Made by a program: the position numbers and the translations under genes. The notes under the pieces were generated by a model. That model saw nothing but the letters and a program-made list of their open reading frames with translations, was not told the origin of the DNA and did no database searches. Source: an uncultured Gammaproteobacteria bacterium (GTDB lineage: Bacteria > Patescibacteriota > Patescibacteriia > SG8-24 > DYFX01). Taken from it: DNA of 55,632 nt. Positions 50,512 to 55,632 of the stretch are shown here, in pieces. The DNA is taken from NCBI GenBank assembly GCA_964404275.1, contig CAYOJH010000003.1, positions 16,879-72,510 of the forward strand. The letters run 5' to 3'. How positions within the stretch are numbered: position 1 is the first letter of the stretch; each line of letters starts with the position of its first letter.

Positions 50512-51685
50512 GCGCGCACTGTTACTCGGCGCCTTCGGCCTCGCCGCGCTTGCGGCGGGGGTGTTCTGGCTCCAGGAACCGGATCCGCAGGCCGTGCTGC
50601 GCCAGGCCACCAAGAATTTGCTGGCCGAAAAAACCTTTCATGCCGATCTGCAAGCGAGCTTCGCCGGCTTGCCGGTGGGAATGAGCGGCGGAAATCTCGC
50701 CGCGAGCGCCACGGGCATCGACATCGCGCTTCGTTCGGACATCGACCGCACCCAGCCCGCGACGCCCGCTTCGGTCTCCACGTTCGAATTCGTCCAGCAT
50801 CTGGCTTCGGGCGGTCGGGCGCTGCTCTCCGGCGAAGCGCGGCGGAAAGACGGCGTCTACTACGCGCGCCTGCAAGCGATCGAGGGCGTGGAGGGCATCG
50901 ACGCCGCGCGGGTCGTCGGCCGCTGGATGAAATCGGATCGCTCCTTCCTGGAACTGCTGTTCGCCGAGGCCGCGCCCGCGCCTTTGTTCGATGAAGCCAG
51001 CGCGGAAAGCATGAAATCGGCGATCATGAACGTGGATCTCTTCAGCGTGCAGAAAAAACTTTCCAAGGAAACGGTCGCGGGAGAATCCTCGTATCATTAT
51101 GCCGTCGCCTTGAATATGGAAGCGGTCTCCGCGCTGCTCTTGAAGCAGCGCGAGCTCGAAACCGGCAAGCCGATCGCGGCGGAGGACGTCCTCGCGGTCA
51201 CGAACGAACTCGTGCCGTGGGGCAAGCCGGCCGGCGAGATCTGGATCGGAGCGCATTCCCGCCGTCTCAAAAAGATGACGCTGACGACGACCTTCGGCCA
51301 GGACGGCAAGGGCGGAACCGGACACGCCACGCTGATGCTCTCAAAGGAAGGCACGTCGCTCGCGAGCGACGCGCCGCAAGCGGAAGACGTCGACAAGGTG
51401 CTCGGCCCGCTCTTCGACAAGCGCCTGAATTTGGCGGGCGGACGTTCTTTGGCGCAAGCTTCGCCCGAAGCTCCGCAGCCGCACCAGCCTTTGGCCGCGC
51501 CGCCGGCGATCGCGGCGCAGGAGACCGACACCGACAGCGACGGGCTCAGCGATTCGCAAGAATTCTTTTACGGCACGGATGCCTGGAGTCCCGACACCGA
51601 CGGCGATGGCTATCCCGACGGCTTGGAAGTCGATAAGGGGATGAATCCGCTCGGTCCCGGCGCCTTGTTCGGTTTCGGCTTATGA
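50501..51685 (+). CDS. Membrane-anchored beta-rich protein (LolA/LppX-like fold possible) with C-terminal Ca-binding TSP3-like repeats
   Basis: N-terminal TM. DTDSDGLSD...GTD...DTDGDGYPDGLEV...NP (51527-51649). Overlaps the rarA stop and the ftsI start. Confidence 0.65.
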   Translation: MMSKRALLLGAFGLAALAAGVFWLQEPDPQAVLRQATKNLLAEKTFHADLQASFAGLPVGMSGGNLAASATGIDIALRSDIDRTQPATPASVSTFEFVQHLASGGRALLSGEARRKDGVYYARLQAIEGVEGIDAARVVGRWMKSDRSFLELLFAEAAPAPLFDEASAESMKSAIMNVDLFSVQKKLSKETVAGESSYHYAVALNMEAVSALLLKQRELETGKPIAAEDVLAVTNELVPWGKPAGEIWIGAHSRRLKKMTLTTTFGQDGKGGTGHATLMLSKEGTSLASDAPQAEDVDKVLGPLFDKRLNLAGGRSLAQASPEAPQPHQPLAAPPAIAAQETDTDSDGLSDSQEFFYGTDAWSPDTDGDGYPDGLEVDKGMNPLGPGALFGFGL

Positions 51686-53385
51686 ACCGCCTTCGGCTGT
51701 TGCGACTCGGCTTTTTCGCCGTCGGTCTCGTGATCATCGGGCAACTTTTCCGCATCGAAGTGCTGGCGCATGATTTTTATTCCGCCTTGGCCGAGGGTCA
51801 GCACGATTTGTTCCAGCAGCTGTTTCCCGAGCGCGGAAAAATTTACGCGCGCGATCATCAATCCGGCGATCAGACGTTTCTTTTGGCGACCAATCGCACG
51901 CTCAACTTGCTGTACGCCGAGCCGTTCCGCATCAAGAACCCGGTGATGGAGGCGAAAGCGCTGGCGCCGCTGATCAACGCGGATCCGACCGAGCTGGCCG
52001 CCAAGCTGTCCAGCCCGACCGATCGCTACCGCGTCCTGGCGCACAAGGTCGACGACGACACGCGCGCCAAGATCGAGGCGCTCACGCTGGAAGGCATCGG
52101 CTTCTCGGACGAGGATTTCCGTTTTTATCCCGAGAGCGACGCCGGCGCGCAGATGCTCGGCTTCGTCGCCCAGGACGCCAAGGGCATGATCGGCCACTAC
52201 GGCATCGAAGGCTGGTTCAATCAGGAGCTCTCCGGCACGCAGGGCTACCTGCAGTCTGAAAAGGATTCGAGCGGTCGCTTGATCGGCGTCGGCAATCGCA
52301 CGCTTCAGCCGGCCAAAGATGGCGACGATCTCGTCTTGACGATCGACCGCACCGTGCAGTACGTCGCCTGCAAGAAACTGAACGAGTGGGTCGCGAAATT
52401 CAGCGCGGAAAAGGGGAGCCTGGTGATCCTCGATCCCAAGACCGGTGCCGTGATCGCGATGTGCAACGCGCCGACCTTCGATCCCAACGCCTACAGCAAG
52501 ATCGACGCCGTCGACGTCTACAACAACACCGCCATCTTCACGCCGTACGAACCGGGTTCCGTCTTCAAGACGATCACGATGGCGGCCGGCATCGACACCG
52601 GCAAGATCACGCCGGACAGCACGTTCGACGATCCGGGCGAAGTCAAAATCGGTCCCTTCACGATCCGCAACGCCGACTTGAAAGCGCACGGCGTCGTCAG
52701 CATGACCTACGTGCTCGCGCAGTCGCTCAACACCGGCATCGATTTCGTCGTCGGCAAAATCGGCGCGCCGACCTTCCTTTCGTACGCGCGCGATTTCGGC
52801 TTCGGCCAGAAGACGGGCATCACACTCGAGTCGGAAAGTCCCGGCGACATTTCGCAGCTCGAACGCAAAGGCGACATTTGGTCGGCGACCGCCGCCTTCG
52901 GCCAGGGCGTCAGCGCGACCGTGCTGCAGCTCGCTTCGGCCTACGGCGCGATCGCCAACGGCGGCATCTTGATGAAGCCCTACATCGTCGACGAAATCCG
53001 TCCGGCCCTCGGCGCGCCGCAGGTCATGACGCCGAAGATCGTCCGGCGCGTGATCACCGAGAAGACGGCGCGCCTCCTGACCGGCATGCTGGTCGCGGTC
53101 GTCGAAAGCGGCGAAGGCCATCGCGCGAACGTGCCGGGCTACTGGATCGGCGGCAAGACCGGCACGGCCCAGATCCCGCGCACCGACGGCGGCGGCTACG
53201 AAGTCGGGCCGACCATCGGTTCCTTCGTCGGTTTCGGTCCGGTCGACGATCCGAGGTTCGTGATGGTCGTGCGCATCGACCGCCCGCAAGGCGTGCAGTA
53301 TGCTGAATCCTCCGCCGCCCCGCTCTGGGGCGACGTCGCCAAGTTCCTGATGGATTATTACCAGATCCCGCCGACCCGCAAGTGA
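51682..53385 (+). CDS. ftsI: Class B PBP (FtsI/PBP2B-like transpeptidase)
   Basis: PERGKIY, RFYP, GIEG, LTID, YEPGSVFK (SxxK), SLN and GKTGTAQ motifs. Confidence 0.9.
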   Translation: MNRLRLLRLGFFAVGLVIIGQLFRIEVLAHDFYSALAEGQHDLFQQLFPERGKIYARDHQSGDQTFLLATNRTLNLLYAEPFRIKNPVMEAKALAPLINADPTELAAKLSSPTDRYRVLAHKVDDDTRAKIEALTLEGIGFSDEDFRFYPESDAGAQMLGFVAQDAKGMIGHYGIEGWFNQELSGTQGYLQSEKDSSGRLIGVGNRTLQPAKDGDDLVLTIDRTVQYVACKKLNEWVAKFSAEKGSLVILDPKTGAVIAMCNAPTFDPNAYSKIDAVDVYNNTAIFTPYEPGSVFKTITMAAGIDTGKITPDSTFDDPGEVKIGPFTIRNADLKAHGVVSMTYVLAQSLNTGIDFVVGKIGAPTFLSYARDFGFGQKTGITLESESPGDISQLERKGDIWSATAAFGQGVSATVLQLASAYGAIANGGILMKPYIVDEIRPALGAPQVMTPKIVRRVITEKTARLLTGMLVAVVESGEGHRANVPGYWIGGKTGTAQIPRTDGGGYEVGPTIGSFVGFGPVDDPRFVMVVRIDRPQGVQYAESSAAPLWGDVAKFLMDYYQIPPTRK

Positions 53386-53386
53386 T

Positions 53387-54649
53387 ATGCTGCGCCATCT
53401 CCAATCCCTCCTGGCCTTCCTCGCCCGCGCGACGCTCGCGCGTTATACGCCGAAAATCGTGGCGGTCGCCGGCTCCGTCGGCAAGACCTCGACGACCCGT
53501 GCGATCGCGGCGGTCTTGGCGCGCTCATTCCCGACGCGAGGCAGCGCCAAGAATCACAACAATGAAATCGGCGTGCCGCTTACGATTTTGGGCGAAGCGA
53601 AATCCGGCGGACGTTCGCCCTTCGCCTGGCTCGCCATTCTCTGGCGCGGCTTCCGTTTGGCCTTCGGTCCCGCGCGGAACTATCCCAAAGTGCTCGTGCT
53701 CGAGATGGCGACCGACCATCCCGGCGATTTGACGCACCTCGTTTCGATCGCGCCGCCGGACGTCGCCGTGCTGACGGCCGTTTCGGAAGAGCATACCGAA
53801 TATCTCGGCGATCTCGATGGCGTGGCCAAAGAAGAGGGGACGATCGTACGCGCGCTCCCGCCGCATGGAACCGCAGTCTTGAACGCGGATGACGCGCGCG
53901 TGGCCGCGATGAAAGCGGATGCGCTGCATGCGATGTCGTTCGGGTTTTCCGCATCCGCCGATGTCCGCGCCGAACGCGTCCAGCCAGAGCTCGCGCTCGG
54001 CACGGTTTTCACCCGCTTCGATTTGCAAATCGGCGGAAAAAGCTACCCGGTCAACCTCCCGAACGCGCTCGGCGACGGCAACGTCTACGCCGCGCTCGCG
54101 GCCGCATCGGTCGCGTTGGCGTTCGGCATCGATCCCGCGCTGATCCCGTACGGTTTGGCGGAATACGAACCGCCGCCGGGACGCCTGCGCGTTTTGCCCG
54201 GCATCAAGAACGTCACGATCGTCGACGACACCTACAACGCCTCGCCCCGCGCTTCGGAATTGGCGCTCGCGACGCTCCAGCATCTGCCGATCGCCTCGGG
54301 TGGACGCCGCATCGCCGCGCTCGGCGACATGCTCGAGCTCGGCGCGCTGACGGAAGAAACGCATCGGCGCATCGGCGAGATCGCCGCGCGTTCGGGCCTC
54401 GAGCTTTTGATCGGCGTCGGTCAGGCTTCCTTCCAACTTTGTGACGCGGCCAAGGCCGCCGGGATGCCCGAAGAGCGCGTCTTCCATTTTTCCGAGGCGG
54501 TTTCGGCCGGAAAATTCCTTCAAGAGCGCTTGCATTCCGGCGATCTTTTGCTGGTCAAAGGCTCCCGCGGCATGCGCATGGAACGCATCGTCAAAGAACT
54601 GATGTCTGAGCCCGAACGGGCCTCGGAATTGCTGGTCGGTCAGGATTGA
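53387..54649 (+). CDS. murF: UDP-MurNAc-tripeptide:D-Ala-D-Ala ligase
   Basis: AGSVGKTST, NHNNEIGVP, VLEMA, DDTYNASP, LGDMLELG and LVKGSRG motifs. Confidence 0.95.
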   Translation: MLRHLQSLLAFLARATLARYTPKIVAVAGSVGKTSTTRAIAAVLARSFPTRGSAKNHNNEIGVPLTILGEAKSGGRSPFAWLAILWRGFRLAFGPARNYPKVLVLEMATDHPGDLTHLVSIAPPDVAVLTAVSEEHTEYLGDLDGVAKEEGTIVRALPPHGTAVLNADDARVAAMKADALHAMSFGFSASADVRAERVQPELALGTVFTRFDLQIGGKSYPVNLPNALGDGNVYAALAAASVALAFGIDPALIPYGLAEYEPPPGRLRVLPGIKNVTIVDDTYNASPRASELALATLQHLPIASGGRRIAALGDMLELGALTEETHRRIGEIAARSGLELLIGVGQASFQLCDAAKAAGMPEERVFHFSEAVSAGKFLQERLHSGDLLLVKGSRGMRMERIVKELMSEPERASELLVGQD

Positions 54650-54708
54650 CAAAAGCCGGCGAAGCGCTATCGTATCGAAGGATTGGATGCCAATCCGAGG
54701 AGGCCGAC

Positions 54709-55596
54709 ATGTGCGAGGAACGAGACGCATGGCTTGGCCGGACGTTGTCCGGACGTTATCTCCTGAGGAGGAAATTCGAGAGCGGCGGCATGAGCCGCGC
54801 GTATGAAGGCTGGGACCAAAAAGCGCGCCGCCGCGTGGCCGTCAAGCTCATCGAACATGAGCGCGACGGCGACGAAACCGTCAAACGGCTGCAGATCGAA
54901 GCTTTGGCGCTTCGGTGCGTGCGGCATCGCAACGTGGTTGGATTGCTTGATTGGCAGGTCGCGGACGGGCACGAGTTCTTCGTCATGGAATACGCCGAAG
55001 GCTTCAGCCTCGAAGACCTGCTCATCCGCCAGACGCGCTTTCGGACGGAAGAGTCCGTGATGATCGTCGCGCGGCTGCTCGAGGCGCTCGAGGCGGTTCA
55101 CGCCGCCGGGCTCCTGCATCGCGACGTGAAGCCCGGACACATGATCCTGATGCCCGGCGATCTCAAGCTGATCGACTTCGGCTTGGTCATCCCGCTTTCC
55201 GCCGGCTGGCCGAACGCGCGCTGGCAGCGGCTGACGCGCTCGGAACATTGCATGGGCACGCCCGCCTACATGTCGCCCGAGCGCATCCATCGTCGCGATG
55301 ACGTCGACGTGCGCGCGGATCTCTACTCCGCCGGGCTGATCCTTTACGAGATGCTGTCCGCCCGACTTCCGTTCGCGGAACGCGGGACCCCGACGCGGCC
55401 GGTCGAACGCCGGACCGGCTCGCTGGGCCGGATGGTTCGGCGGCTGGCTATCCCTCCCAGCCCGATCGGACGCTGGCGGCCTGACCTGCCGATCCTGCTT
55501 CAGCTCCAGATCATGCGGGCCTTGGAGCCGAAGGCCGCGAATCGGTTCCAATCCGCCGCGGAGATGCGTACCGCCCTTTTGGCCGTTTTGCCCTGA
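54709..55596 (+). CDS. Hanks-type Ser/Thr protein kinase, kinase domain only
   Basis: SGGMS loop, VAVK, VMEY, HRDVKPGH, DFG, GTPAYMSPE and DLYSAG motifs. GAGGAGG SD. TTGACA overlapping the murF stop (54646). Confidence 0.92.
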   Translation: MCEERDAWLGRTLSGRYLLRRKFESGGMSRAYEGWDQKARRRVAVKLIEHERDGDETVKRLQIEALALRCVRHRNVVGLLDWQVADGHEFFVMEYAEGFSLEDLLIRQTRFRTEESVMIVARLLEALEAVHAAGLLHRDVKPGHMILMPGDLKLIDFGLVIPLSAGWPNARWQRLTRSEHCMGTPAYMSPERIHRRDDVDVRADLYSAGLILYEMLSARLPFAERGTPTRPVERRTGSLGRMVRRLAIPPSPIGRWRPDLPILLQLQIMRALEPKAANRFQSAAEMRTALLAVLP

Positions 55597-55623
55597 AAAA
55601 CAGGGCTTTTTCTTTGCTTGACA
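55590..55623 (+). terminator. Kinase terminator fused to the -35 (TTGACA) of the next gene beyond the window
   Basis: GCCCTG-AAAAA-CAGGGC-TTTTTCTTTGC-TTGACA. Confidence 0.8.
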
Positions 55624-55632
55624 AAAACGCCT

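Overview
GC-rich bacterial chromosomal segment read with the standard code: TGA is used as stop throughout and a tRNA-Trp(CCA) is present. Gene content points to a Patescibacteria/CPR organism, probably Parcubacteria; this is an inference from the alpha2-type GlyRS, DUF4012 protein, GAGC lipobox, giant beta-propeller surface protein, stand-alone receiver pairs and core genes lacking a Shine-Dalgarno (SD) site. About 50 CDS are supported. Core genes are mreB, holB, frr, glyQS, tpiA, rpmG, ung, rarA, ftsI and murF. Also present are a surface-glycan GT cluster, nucleotide-salvage genes, 5 tRNAs (Thr-GGT, Tyr-GTA, Thr-TGT, Trp-CCA, Pro-CGG), and many clear sigma70-type promoters and intrinsic terminators. 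I saw no CRISPR array, integrase or transposase. Best leads: (1) a six-gene unit, GT-B enzyme / GH-A hydrolase / PAS histidine kinase / two receivers / a PilB-GspE-like ATPase with broken catalytic motifs; (2) a TolB_N(LpoB)-like + TPR lipoprotein next to a PBP1A carrying about 6 extra N-terminal TM helices; (3) two separate translation-initiation regimes, SD-less or leaderless core genes (often with T at -1) versus orphan single-gene cassettes with strong SD, own promoter and terminator; (4) several pseudo-enzymes and an internally duplicated primase-motif-like orphan. All motif calls and counts were made by eye; no database searches were run.
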